From Candidatus Flemingiibacterium sp. (lineage in GTDB: Bacteria > Bacillota > Clostridia > Oscillospirales > CAG-272), in the NCBI GenBank assembly GCA_045636145.1, contig JAZTWV010000045.1, forward strand, positions 5,800 to 69,799: 64,000 bases of DNA, read 5' to 3'. The notes under the pieces are model-generated. The model made no database searches and was not told the DNA's origin. It was given only the letters and a program-made list of their open reading frames with translations. Of the stretch, positions 10,497-18,534 are shown one piece after another. The translations under genes were made by a program, and so were the position numbers. Each line of letters begins with the position of its first letter. Position 1 is the first letter of the stretch.

Positions 10497-12002
10497 TTAG
10501 TTGTACACCTTGATTTTTGCGGCAACCGCGCGATTGACGGCATTTTTTAGATTATTGTACAGCGAATCAATGTTGTAGCGTGTTGTTACCGCTTTGTATA
10601 TCGCTCCGTATGTTGCAGATTCAAGATTTGAAATGCCGGAAGCGTACATATGGGCGAAATCTGTCCACGCTGTATCGCATATAAGCTCAAGCATATGGAT
10701 AGAACCGTCATCGCGCAGAACATAGTCGATGTGCCTGTTTATATAGGACTCTGTAACATACTCGTAGGAAGCCAGATTCAGTGCTTCGAGAATCAGTCCC
10801 GAGGTTTCATATTTCGGCGTGTTTTTAAGCACGCAGAACACAGGGGAGTCGTCCATCATGGGAGAGATGTACTCCTTTTGTGCTTCGTCAAACTTCGGAA
10901 GCGGAAGTATTCCCCAATCAGCATCGCTGTCTGATATCAGTTCCGCCGCATACAGTCCGTCTGTCATGAACATCAGCGCATCTCCGGTAAAAATATCGCG
11001 GAGTGCGGTTCCCTTGGTTTTAACAAATGAACTGTCCGAATATAAGAGAGAACGCAGTTTGTTAACAACAGCCTTTGCATTGGATGCGGTGGGTGTTGCG
11101 AGATAAGTCACGGTGGGAACAACACCTTCGGTATTGCTGATGTAGGAAATACCCTGCGAGGATGCGGCGACATCAATATAGTCGTAAAGCTCAAAGGTTG
11201 AACCGTGACCGTGGAGGCTGCCAACCGACTCTACTGTTTTGGCAAATTCAGCAAACTTATCCCAAGTCCATTTTCCCTCATTTACAAGAGCGTAGAGGTC
11301 CTCTCCCACAAACTGTTTTACCATTCCGCGGTTGAAGTATACACAGCTCAGATAATCGGGATTGAAGCTTGCGGCTCCCGATACAGCGTATATTCCGTTT
11401 CCTGCTATGGATGCAGAGGTTACGCTTGAATTGTAGTACGGAGCATCAAGGTTTACATAAGGAAGACTGCGGAGATTGGCAAGCATTCCTGCGGCGAAAT
11501 ATTGTCCCAGCATTGACTGGGGTATTGCCAATAGATCGGCATAATACATATCAGCATTGTACGCTTCGCGTGCCGCTTCGAACAGTGCTTCGGGAGAGGT
11601 GCCTATCTCTATAACAGATGTGTTGTATTTTTCCTCAACCGCCCGTTTGCTGTCCTGCCGAGACACCGCGTCGGGAGTATCTGTGCTGTCCGGGAAGAGA
11701 GGGGATGTGTCGGCAGCGGCGATGATTACCGAGACTTCGCTCATATCACGCTGAGGTAATGCAGACAGGCGTTCTCTGATGACAGCTTCAGGATCGGGAA
11801 CTTCCGTGCTTTGCACGGATGATGTATCATTGTGGGTATCACTTACAGGCAGTGCCTCAGTTGTCTCTCCGGTTTCGCTAAGTGTGTCGGATGTGATGTC
11901 AGCATTACCGTTAAAGACGATCAGTCCACAGGATGATACCGATGAAAGCATTACAGAGATCAGTGTGACAGCACCTATGGTGCGCAAAAACTTTTTGTTC
12001 AT
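10497..12002 (-). CDS. Orphan extracellular solute-binding lipoprotein (family 1-like)
   Basis: Signal peptide with lipobox VSSC, T/S/E-rich linker, VEEKYN, LYALVNEGKWTWDK, WGILPLPKFD. Confidence 0.8.
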   Translation of the reverse strand: MNKKFLRTIGAVTLISVMLSSVSSCGLIVFNGNADITSDTLSETGETTEALPVSDTHNDTSSVQSTEVPDPEAVIRERLSALPQRDMSEVSVIIAAADTSPLFPDSTDTPDAVSRQDSKRAVEEKYNTSVIEIGTSPEALFEAAREAYNADMYYADLLAIPQSMLGQYFAAGMLANLRSLPYVNLDAPYYNSSVTSASIAGNGIYAVSGAASFNPDYLSCVYFNRGMVKQFVGEDLYALVNEGKWTWDKFAEFAKTVESVGSLHGHGSTFELYDYIDVAASSQGISYISNTEGVVPTVTYLATPTASNAKAVVNKLRSLLYSDSSFVKTKGTALRDIFTGDALMFMTDGLYAAELISDSDADWGILPLPKFDEAQKEYISPMMDDSPVFCVLKNTPKYETSGLILEALNLASYEYVTESYINRHIDYVLRDDGSIHMLELICDTAWTDFAHMYASGISNLESATYGAIYKAVTTRYNIDSLYNNLKNAVNRAVAAKIKVYN

Positions 12003-12078
12003 CGAATTTTCTCCGAATTATTATTTTTTGGAACAAAACATTGATTTAGAACGTCAAAATTCTTAAAGCGGATATGTA

Positions 12079-12735
12079 TTATTTTTCCGCGTCAAGCCAT
12101 GCTTCCACTCGGTTTATGGTGAACCCTTTCTCCGAGAAGTTTTTCTCATATTCCGTCATGATATTATCCTCTGCCCATTCGCTGGCGTGGAGATCGTATG
12201 TAAGGTTTTCAAGGCGGAAACCGCAGTCACGAAATTCTTCAAGGGAAAAATCAAAGAGTCCGCGGTTGTCGGTTTTAAAAAAGATAGCTCCGTCGGGTTT
12301 CAGAATACGGCGGTACTGTTCAAGAAAGCGTCTGTGAGTCAGACGGCGTTTTGCGTGCCCCGCCTTTGGCCATGGGTCGGAAAAATTAAGGTAAATTCGG
12401 TCAATCGTGCCATTTTCAAAGATATCCCACAGCTTTGAAACATCGCCCACTATAAATCTTACATTTGGAAGCTCTGCCGCCTTGCATTTTTCCATTGCCA
12501 GCATAGCAACATCCGCAATGCGCTCAAGGGCAATTATATTGACGTCAGGGTGCCTTGCGGCGAGGGCACTTACGAATCCACCCTTTCCGCATCCTATCTC
12601 AAGCCACAGGGGACGTGTGGCAACACAACCGAAGATTTTATTTACATTATCAGTGTTAATTGTCGTATTTTGGATAATTATGTCGGAACATGCGTTAATT
12701 CTTTCGGCTCCATGCTTTTTTTTTCTCATTCTCAT
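12079..12735 (-). CDS. trmB: tRNA (guanine-N7)-methyltransferase
   Basis: MRMRKK start, LEIGCGKG, LNFSDPWPK.HAKRRL, FKTDN, MTEYE. Confidence 0.96.
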   Translation of the reverse strand: MRMRKKKHGAERINACSDIIIQNTTINTDNVNKIFGCVATRPLWLEIGCGKGGFVSALAARHPDVNIIALERIADVAMLAMEKCKAAELPNVRFIVGDVSKLWDIFENGTIDRIYLNFSDPWPKAGHAKRRLTHRRFLEQYRRILKPDGAIFFKTDNRGLFDFSLEEFRDCGFRLENLTYDLHASEWAEDNIMTEYEKNFSEKGFTINRVEAWLDAEK

Positions 12736-12925
12736 ATTGCATTTTGCTCCCTTTTTTGGTAAAATAGTATTGTGCATATGATTTTGCACCGTTTATGTAT
12801 GCATTATTTAATATTATACCACGGATTTGTTATAAAAGATATAGTGTTTTGAAAAAATTTACGTTTTTTGCGCGGGATATATCCTGTGCGATATTTAATC
12901 AATAATGGAGGAAGAAGACAGACCG

Positions 12926-13819
12926 ATGACAGACAAGCAAAGTTTTCTTGATAAGCTTACCGCGGCACTGTATGAGCGGAATATATCCGAGACGGATATC
13001 CGTCCTTATATAGAGCGCTTTGACCAATTCTATGACCGTATGGTCAACGATTCTATAGGCACAGACGGTGCACTTGATAATATTGAATCAATTGCAGACA
13101 ATATAGCATCTCAGATATCCGACCGATATGATGAGATCAACCGTCTTGCAGAGCGCACAATGACTGTAGATACAATTAAAATTGAGGATGTTATGCAGGA
13201 AGAGCCGGAGATCGATGCCGAGCCTACCGTAACTACGGATATCGGTGAGATTACCGTCATGTCCGAGGAGTATGAGCTTGCGGAGCCTGAGCTTGCTTCA
13301 GCAATTATTCCGGCGGAGGAGCTTGAGCGGCTTGATTTTGAGGATGCCAATGCTGAATATGCAAACGAGCCTGTGCGGCTTCCTGATTACACCGCAGAGG
13401 AGGAAATTCCAAACAGCAGGATGTTCTGGATACTTTTCGGAATAAGCCTTCCCATAACTTTGCCGCTGTTTTTGGCTGTAGTCGGCGCTTTTGCGGCAGT
13501 GTGGCTGGGACTTGCGGGCTTGCTTGCCGCAGCTGTGGGATTGCTTACAGCTCTTGTTGCCTGCGGTGCGGCTGTGTCCCTTGTTGGCATCGTGTACGGT
13601 GTAATTCAACTGTTTGTATCTGTACCGGTAGGACTTTATGAGATCGGTATCGGAGTTATTGCTGTGGGCATAGTCATGTTCGCGGGAATACTTATTTACA
13701 ATTTTGCAGTCAGACTGATACCGCTTGTCATGAAGCTTTGGTGGAGACTGTTTTTGTATGTGCTGTCACAGCTGAAGCACCTGTTTAATTTCTTAAGAAA
13801 GGAGAGTGTCAAGCTTTGA
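12926..13819 (+). CDS. DUF1700-like membrane protein with long acidic insert
   Basis: N-terminal K.SFL..L..AL helical domain, ~100-aa acidic linker, C-terminal multi-TM region; paired with a DUF4097-like gene. The start could also be 12905. Confidence 0.65.
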   Translation: MTDKQSFLDKLTAALYERNISETDIRPYIERFDQFYDRMVNDSIGTDGALDNIESIADNIASQISDRYDEINRLAERTMTVDTIKIEDVMQEEPEIDAEPTVTTDIGEITVMSEEYELAEPELASAIIPAEELERLDFEDANAEYANEPVRLPDYTAEEEIPNSRMFWILFGISLPITLPLFLAVVGAFAAVWLGLAGLLAAAVGLLTALVACGAAVSLVGIVYGVIQLFVSVPVGLYEIGIGVIAVGIVMFAGILIYNFAVRLIPLVMKLWWRLFLYVLSQLKHLFNFLRKESVKL

Positions 13820-14724
13820 AGCCAACGTCCATAATTTTTCTTATAGTGTCCGTATTTTTGGTTATAGGCGGATTTGCGACCGCAGGCGTTGCAAAGCAGC
13901 TTGCCGCCTCTGAGGGGATTGTACTTACCGATGAAATATCCGAAGAAGCCGGAGGATATATATACAGCTACGAATACGGCAAAGACAGTATCGGAAGAAT
14001 AACCGTAAATGTAAAAGAAGCCGATGTGAATATAATCGGCGGTGCGGAAAAGGCATATGTAGAGCTTGTAAACTTTCCTGAGGGAATGTACGAATTTTCA
14101 AGCTCTAACCGTATACTTTCCATAAAAAACAATACCGACCTGTCTGATATGTCCAATATAGCAAATCTCGCAATGAATTTCAGAGGACTTCGCAGTTTTG
14201 TAGGTTATCTGAATATGAGAAGCCTTCCCAAAACGGTAAATATATATATAAGCGGAGTAAATCCCGTTAAGATAGTTGATTGTCAGATTCAGAGCGGAAA
14301 TGTTACACTCAAAAACTGTGATGCTCCTGCTGATTATAATATTTCCATCGGCGATGGTAATCTCAGCGTGTCTGGAATTGATACAAAGTCCGCACTGAAT
14401 GTCACCGTTGGCAACGGCAATGCGGATATATCGAAATGCGATATTTCAAAGCTGGCTGTGAAGGTTGAAAAAGGAACAGTCACCGCCGAGGCGATGTTTG
14501 ATACCGTGGAAGCGAAAATCGGGAAGGGCGATTTTAACTATAACTGTTACGGAAGTGTGGGACTCACAAAGCTGGCGCTCTTTTCGAGCATCGGCAATAT
14601 CACCCTTGACGGTGTGAAGCACGGTGGATATTTTGAAAGCAGTGATATTCCCACCGACAACATTATAGATATAGACATCGGTGAGGGTGATATAAACATA
14701 GTTACCATGGTTCCGCGTGGCTGA
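13816..14724 (+). CDS. DUF4097 family beta-strand-repeat protein (membrane anchored)
   Basis: TTG start overlapping the upstream stop, RBS AAGGAG, N-terminal TM, repeated (S/G)GN(V/I)T beta motifs. Confidence 0.7.
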   Translation: MKPTSIIFLIVSVFLVIGGFATAGVAKQLAASEGIVLTDEISEEAGGYIYSYEYGKDSIGRITVNVKEADVNIIGGAEKAYVELVNFPEGMYEFSSSNRILSIKNNTDLSDMSNIANLAMNFRGLRSFVGYLNMRSLPKTVNIYISGVNPVKIVDCQIQSGNVTLKNCDAPADYNISIGDGNLSVSGIDTKSALNVTVGNGNADISKCDISKLAVKVEKGTVTAEAMFDTVEAKIGKGDFNYNCYGSVGLTKLALFSSIGNITLDGVKHGGYFESSDIPTDNIIDIDIGEGDINIVTMVPRG

Positions 14725-15031
14725 TGGACCTTTGCTTCTATATAAAATTGGTAAACTTGCCCTAAAAACTGCTGCTTTTTACTGCGTTTCGGGGTTGCTC
14801 GGAAGATAGATTTTTTAATAAATTAAAAAATATTAAAATTTAAAGAGGTCGAAATCAATAAAAAACGGCATTTAATTGTGCATCTGCAACAAATAATAAT
14901 ATGAAAATTTGGGGAAAAGAGCTCTACCATTTTTTGCGCAGATTTGATACAATATTATACGTTGAAGTAGACTGCTTAGATATCGACACCACAGGTGCCG
15001 TTCTATAAAATACTTAGGAGGAAAATTAAAA

Positions 15032-16147
15032 ATGGCAAGTCTTTCCCTTAAACACATTTACAAGAAGTATCCCGGCGGCGTTACCGCTGTATCTGATTTC
15101 TGCCTTGAAATCAAGGACAAGGAATTTATCATCTTCGTTGGACCTTCCGGATGCGGTAAGTCCACCACACTTCGTATGATCGCAGGTCTTGAAGAGATCA
15201 CCGAGGGTGAGCTTTTCATCGGCGATAAGCTGGTTAACGACGTAGCACCGAAGGACAGAGATATTGCGATGGTGTTCCAGAACTACGCTCTGTATCCTCA
15301 TATGTCCGTGTTCGACAACATGGCATTCGGTCTTAAGCTCCGCAAGACTCCCAAGGAAGAGATCAAGAGAAAGGTTGAGGAAGCAGCAAGAATTCTCGAC
15401 ATTACACACCTTCTTGACAGAAAGCCGAAGGCTCTCTCCGGCGGTCAGAAGCAGCGTGTTGCGCTCGGTCGTGCGATCGTCCGCGATCCTAAGGTATTCC
15501 TTCTTGACGAGCCGCTCTCTAACCTCGACGCTAAGCTTCGTGCTGCCATGAGAACAGAGCTTACCAAGCTCCACAAGAGACTCGGTACAACCTTTATCTA
15601 CGTTACTCACGACCAGGTCGAGGCTATGACCATGGCGAGCCGTATCGTTGTTATGAAGGACGGTCTTATCCAGCAGGTAGATACTCCTCAGAACCTTTAC
15701 GATTATCCTTGCAACATCTTCGTTGCAGGCTTCATCGGAACACCTCAGATGAACTTCATCAACGCAAAGCTTGTTAAGGCAGGCGACGGTGTTAACATCG
15801 AGTTCGCAGGCAATTCCATTAAGCTTCCTGCTGACAAGGCTAACAATGAGGCTCTTCGCGATTACATCGGCAAGGAGGTTATCGCAGGTCTTCGTCCCGA
15901 ATGTATCCATGACGAGCCTATGTACCTCTCCAGCATGGCTGACAGCGTTATCACCTGCAACGTTGACGTTACTGAGCTTATGGGTAACGAGATCTTCCTG
16001 TATCTCGCTGCTGACGAGGAGCAGAGCCTTACCGCTCGCGTATCTTCCAGATCCAGCGCAAGAGCAGGCGACTCCATCAAGGTTGCTCTTGATATCTCCA
16101 GACTCCACATCTTCGATAAGGACACTGAAAAGTACATTATCCACTAA
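15032..16147 (+). CDS. Stand-alone sugar ABC transporter ATP-binding subunit (MalK/MsmK/MsmX family)
   Basis: GPSGCGKST, VFQNYALYPHM, LSGGQKQRVALGRA, LLDEPLSNLDAKLR, YVTHDQVEAMT and a C-terminal TOBE region; strong RBS AGGAGG; monocistronic. Confidence 0.95.
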   Translation: MASLSLKHIYKKYPGGVTAVSDFCLEIKDKEFIIFVGPSGCGKSTTLRMIAGLEEITEGELFIGDKLVNDVAPKDRDIAMVFQNYALYPHMSVFDNMAFGLKLRKTPKEEIKRKVEEAARILDITHLLDRKPKALSGGQKQRVALGRAIVRDPKVFLLDEPLSNLDAKLRAAMRTELTKLHKRLGTTFIYVTHDQVEAMTMASRIVVMKDGLIQQVDTPQNLYDYPCNIFVAGFIGTPQMNFINAKLVKAGDGVNIEFAGNSIKLPADKANNEALRDYIGKEVIAGLRPECIHDEPMYLSSMADSVITCNVDVTELMGNEIFLYLAADEEQSLTARVSSRSSARAGDSIKVALDISRLHIFDKDTEKYIIH

Positions 16148-16173
16148 TCAGTGCGGCATAACTAAAAAAGAAT

Positions 16174-16210
16174 CGCTGCCCATCCGCGAAAGCGGAGGGC
16201 AGCGTTTTTT
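16174..16210. terminator. Intrinsic terminator (GAAA tetraloop), likely bidirectional
   Basis: CGCTGCCCATCCGC-GAAA-GCGGAGGGCAGCG followed by T-tract and preceded by A-tract. Confidence 0.85.
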
Positions 16211-16244
16211 GCGTTTATTTGAAAACAAAACAGGGAATCCTATC

Positions 16245-17204
16245 TTATATTCCTGCGGCGATAACAAGAGCACCGCTTGACTTAAGCGTAAACTCGCCCA
16301 TGCCTGCCGGCATATAGTAGGTCTCGCCCTTCTTGAAGGGATATTCGGTGCCGTTAAACAGTACCACCCCGTCGCCTTCGATAAAGGTGAGGGACAGGAA
16401 GCTGTCCTTGGTAGCGTTAAGAGAAAGCTCAGTAAATTCGTACTTGTTCACCTTGAATTTGTCACATGCCGCAAGAAGTGTGGATGTGCGCTCATCTGCT
16501 GCCGCAAAACGCATTTTTTCAATGTCTTCGTGAGTGTAGTTTACAATGACGTCGCGTGCCTTTTCTACATGGGTTTCGCGCGGCTTGCCATCCTTGCCGA
16601 GTCTTCCGTAATCGTATACGCGGTAGGTAACGTTGGAATTCTGCTGAATTTCACATATGAGATTGCCGGCACCAATTGCGTGCACAAGACCGGAGGGGAT
16701 GAAATATACGTCGCCTGCTTTTACTTTTACTTTTTCAAAAAGTTCTTCTACGGTGTTGTCGGCAACTGCTTTTTCGAATGCCTCGGCGCTGTAGCTGGGT
16801 TTTGTACCGATTACAAGCTCTGCGCCCTCATCTGCTTCCACTATGTACCACATCTCGGTTTTGCCTAACTCATTTTCGTTTTTAAGTGAATATTCATCCG
16901 AGGGGTGAACCTGAATGGACAGGCGGTCGCGAGCATCTATGAATTTAATGAGCAGAGGGAATCTGTCGCCGTCGTAACCGTCACCGATAACGGCATATGT
17001 GGCTTTGTCAATGTATTCGCCAAGTGTCATGCCGGCATATTCACCGTTTTCGATTACGTTCATGCCGTCGGGGCGTACAGTAAGTTCCCAGCTTTCGGCT
17101 ATGTTTTCAAAATCCGCTTTTTTGCCATACATATTTTTTAATTTGTTTCCGCCCCATATGATCTCTTTAACGGCGGGAGCTAATTTGAGTGGATAAAGTT
17201 TCAT
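16245..17204 (-). CDS. manA: Mannose-6-phosphate isomerase, type I
   Basis: IWGG, AESWE, FPLLIKFIDA, LSIQVHP, GKTEMWY, HAIG, EIQQNSNVTYRVYDY. Confidence 0.93.
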   Translation of the reverse strand: MKLYPLKLAPAVKEIIWGGNKLKNMYGKKADFENIAESWELTVRPDGMNVIENGEYAGMTLGEYIDKATYAVIGDGYDGDRFPLLIKFIDARDRLSIQVHPSDEYSLKNENELGKTEMWYIVEADEGAELVIGTKPSYSAEAFEKAVADNTVEELFEKVKVKAGDVYFIPSGLVHAIGAGNLICEIQQNSNVTYRVYDYGRLGKDGKPRETHVEKARDVIVNYTHEDIEKMRFAAADERTSTLLAACDKFKVNKYEFTELSLNATKDSFLSLTFIEGDGVVLFNGTEYPFKKGETYYMPAGMGEFTLKSSGALVIAAGI

Positions 17205-17350
17205 TGTGATACCTCCGAATTAAGTTTATGAATAATATTTTTTGATCTGCTAATACTTATTTATGTAAATTTTAATGCAAAGTTTTCGCGTGCGATGATT
17301 TCGCATTGAAATTTCAAATTGATCTCTCATGAGAAAAGGAGTATTTCAAG

Positions 17351-17548
17351 ATGAACAACCAGAACAATCAGAACCGTAACCAGAACAACAACCAGAATAG
17401 CCAGAATCAGAACAACAATCAGAACCAGAACAATCAGAACCGTAACCAGAACAACAACCAGAGCAACAACCAGAATAACAATCAGAATCGCAGCAATCAG
17501 AACAGAAACGAAAGCGAAAACAGCAACAATAGCAGATACGAGCGCTAA
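17351..17548 (+). CDS. 65-aa Asn/Gln-rich low-complexity small protein
   Basis: RBS AAGGAG (17336-17341), ATG start, 34 N + 14 Q of 65 residues, all Gln as CAG and Asn mostly AAC, followed by a terminator at 17591-17630. Confidence 0.75.
   Translation: MNNQNNQNRNQNNNQNSQNQNNNQNQNNQNRNQNNNQSNNQNNNQNRSNQNRNESENSNNSRYER
17357..17462 (+). repeat. Exact 40-bp direct repeat inside the N/Q ORF (encodes NQNNQNRNQNNNQ)
   Basis: 17357-17396 is identical to 17423-17462 (period 66 bp, in frame). Confidence 0.9.
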
Positions 17549-17590
17549 CGCTATATCTCGGCTGCGGTCTCACACGAGACAGTGTCCTTT

Positions 17591-17630
17591 CGTCGTACTC
17601 CGCTATTAGCGGAGTGCGGCGTTTTTATTT
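17591..17630 (+). terminator. Intrinsic terminator of the N/Q ORF
   Basis: CGTCGTACTCCGCT-ATT-AGCGGAGTGCGGCG followed by TTTTTATTT. Confidence 0.8.
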
Positions 17631-18383
17631 TCTGCTGTTCATTATGATTTCGGCAACAGCAAGATCAATAGGCGTTGTGATCTTTATGTTCTCTGTTCCG
17701 CAGTCCACAAGCTTTACTTCAAAGCCAATGTGCTCGGCAAGGGAATTGTCATCCGTGCAGACAAAGCCTTCTTCTTTGGCGATATATGCGGCGGCGCGGT
17801 ATAACTCGGTTTTGAACACCTGCGGAGTCTGTGCCATCCATAGGTTGTCACGCTCTATGGTTTCCGCTATAAATCTGTTCCTGTCGGCACGCTTTACAGT
17901 GTCTGATGCCTTTACAGCGGCTGTTGCCGCACCTCGGCGGAACGCTTCATCGAGTACGGCGGTTATAGCTTCGGGGGTGATAAGACAGCGCGCACCGTCG
18001 TGTATTGCCACGAAATCGGATTTGTCGGAAATAGCTTCAAAACCGCGAAGTACAGATTCCTGTCTTGTGTTGCCGCCGATTACCACGGCTGAAATCTTTG
18101 TAAAACCGTATTTTGCCTTATACTGTTCGTAGATATGGGCTTCGTCACTTCGGGTTACAATGATGATCTCGTTTATTTTTTCGCATTCCTCGAAGGCTTT
18201 GATGGTGTGAACGATTACGGGCATACCGCACAGCTCCATAAGCTGTTTTGTCTTTCCGGTGCCGTTTTGCATTCTCGAACCACAGCCTGCGGCGGCGATA
18301 ATCGCCGATGTGAAATGAGGCTTGTTTGCCGTTTTCGACAATGTGCGAAGCAGTGTAGCGATTTCTTTTGCGGATATCTGCAT
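17625..18383 (-). CDS. ispD: 2-C-methyl-D-erythritol 4-phosphate cytidylyltransferase
   Basis: AAAGCGSRM, KQL, GGNTRQESV, IHDGAR, QTPQVF, TDD, NIKITTPIDL. Confidence 0.95.
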   Translation of the reverse strand: MQISAKEIATLLRTLSKTANKPHFTSAIIAAAGCGSRMQNGTGKTKQLMELCGMPVIVHTIKAFEECEKINEIIIVTRSDEAHIYEQYKAKYGFTKISAVVIGGNTRQESVLRGFEAISDKSDFVAIHDGARCLITPEAITAVLDEAFRRGAATAAVKASDTVKRADRNRFIAETIERDNLWMAQTPQVFKTELYRAAAYIAKEEGFVCTDDNSLAEHIGFEVKLVDCGTENIKITTPIDLAVAEIIMNSRK

Positions 18384-18491
18384 TTGTGCCTTTTTCTCCT
18401 GTACCGTGATATTTATACTTACATTATACCATAAATTTCTGAAAATGCGTGAACAAAATTAAAATTTACAGAATAAATATGAATTTTGGCA

Positions 18492-18524
18492 TAAAAATAC
18501 GGCACCGCAGTATATGCGATGCCG
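18492..18524 (-). terminator. Terminator of the GntR-ABC operon
   Basis: CGGCACCGCA / TGCGATGCCG hairpin with a minus-strand U-tract. Confidence 0.55.
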
Positions 18525-18534
18525 CAGGGGAGTG

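Noticed and set aside
15026-16144. 372-aa antisense ORF over the sugar ATPase gene
   Set aside because: It mirrors the sense gene codon for codon and has no RBS or recognisable motifs. Strong codon bias in the sense gene avoids TTA/CTA/TCA and so removes antisense stops.
17351-17548. N/Q repeat region as a CRISPR array or simple microsatellite
   Set aside because: There are no unique spacers or cas genes. Variation is codon-wise and in frame, consistent with a protein-coding repeat.
17346-17573. 75-aa Cys/Ser/Gly-rich minus-strand ORF resembling a metallothionein or RiPP precursor
   Set aside because: It is the reverse complement of the N/Q repeat. The RBS, codon choice and terminator orientation all favour the plus-strand ORF, and no modifying enzymes are nearby.
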